Source: Welwitschia mirabilis (taxonomy: Eukaryota). Taken from it: a stretch of 36,640 nt of DNA. Location: contig JBOZIK010000001.1 of assembly GCA_051453625.1 (NCBI GenBank), positions 49,350,852-49,387,491 on the forward strand. Reading direction: 5' to 3'. The notes under the pieces were generated by a model, which was given only the letters and a program-made list of their open reading frames with translations, was not told the origin of the DNA and ran no database searches. Both the position numbers and the translations under genes were made by a program. Position 1 is the stretch's first letter. Every line of letters starts with the position of its first letter. Below, one piece after another: positions 35,756 through 36,640 of this stretch.

Positions 35756-36640
35756 ATGATTATTTCATGGAATTGTAGAGGCCTCAGGAATGGTTATAAA
35801 ATGTTTTACCTTTGAAGTTTATTGAAAAGATTTGCATCTCATCTTTGTCTTCATTGAGAAATAAAACTGAATTCCATTAAGATTATACACTTTTATCCTC
35901 ACTAGAATTGGTTAGTGGTTTCAGTTCTAAGTATTGACACTAAGGGATGGCTGATAATCCTTTGGAGGCATAGTTATATTACCAGTATTAGAAAGAGTAT
36001 CAATTACATCATAGTTGATTAACATTATAATAACAGGAACTGATGCATATCAAACTTTTTTGGGCACTAGGATATTGAAAAAAGAATGATAGTTCTCTAG
36101 CAAATTAGTTTAGACTCCCTGAACATCATCATGGGAGACTTTAATTAGATTCTTAACATCCATGAAAAATTGGATAACATACATAACATTTATTTTATTG
36201 ATCAGTTTACAAATTTTATAAGAATTCATGACTATATAGATCTTCACTTGAATGGGGTTAGTTACACTTGAAGTAACCTTAGGAATCCCCCTAACCTAGT
36301 TATGTCAAGAATTGATAAATGTCTTATCAAGGACCCTAACATATTGTTCTTTCTTAGAGCCAAATCTAGATTTTATTGTGATCATAGGATTATTATGCTC
36401 TCAATGGAATCCTATCAAAGAAAATCTCTTTTTTGATTTGAGAATACCTGGATGAAGGAACCAAGCTCTAAGGATATGCTTGAATAAATGTGGAACATCA
36501 AGGTTACAGGTACTTCCTCCTTTAAATTATTCCAAAAGCTCAAGATTCTTAGACATGAACTACTTCTATGGAAAAGGCAGTTAAATGATACCTTCAAAAA
36601 TGTCAAACATCAACTTCTAGAAGAGCTCAATAGCATACAA
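35756..36640 (+). pseudogene. LINE ORF2 APE-type endonuclease domain
   Basis: MIISWNCRGL, IIMGDFN*IL..HEK, YT*SN, SRIDK, CDHRII and F*FENTW. Confidence 0.92.

Larger units (their letters stand above)
34140..36640 (+). mobile_element. Plant L1-clade LINE, 5' portion (5' UTR, ORF1, start of ORF2); runs off the window
   Basis: GC-richer leader followed by tandem ORF1 and ORF2 with diagnostic motifs. The 5' boundary is approximate. Confidence 0.9.

Noticed and set aside
1..36640. Fungal origin with classical RIP
   Set aside because: Athila-like gypsy elements and a DUF4283 L1 are plant-type, and the changes are not limited to CpA.

Overview
Very AT-rich, gapped plant-type repeat DNA with no intact gene. 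All N-spanning and short ORFs in the track are artefacts or pseudogene pieces. Bases 1-29954 are a nest of four decayed non-chromoviral (Athila-like) Ty3/gypsy LTR retrotransposons. An old host element C (+; RNase H-integrase-3'UTR-3'LTR, 3874-22191) was interrupted three times. Element A (+; only its 3' part and LTR 2102-3873 are in the window) sits in C's RNase H. Full-length element B (-; 4901-18397; LTR pair, 5-bp TSD CTTCA, PBS, gag-pol, extra env-like ORF) sits in C's integrase. Element D (-; 22192-29954; two LTRs but no PBS/gag/protease) abuts the end of C's 3' LTR. Bases ~30000-34100 are AT-rich DNA with faint LINE ORF2 relics. From ~34140 to the end is the 5' part of a plant L1 LINE (DUF4283 + zinc-knuckle ORF1, APE endonuclease ORF2). 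The most notable signals are pervasive C>T/G>A hypermutation including non-CG contexts, a decayed palindrome GTCGTCCGGACGAC repeated through the LTRs, a ~150-bp conserved non-coding block in all four elements' post-pol regions, a tandem amplification of the gag C-terminus, and a multi-kb C/D inverted repeat. I found no evidence of a new multi-gene system. Internal coordinates are read by eye and approximate, except LTR ends and the TSD.
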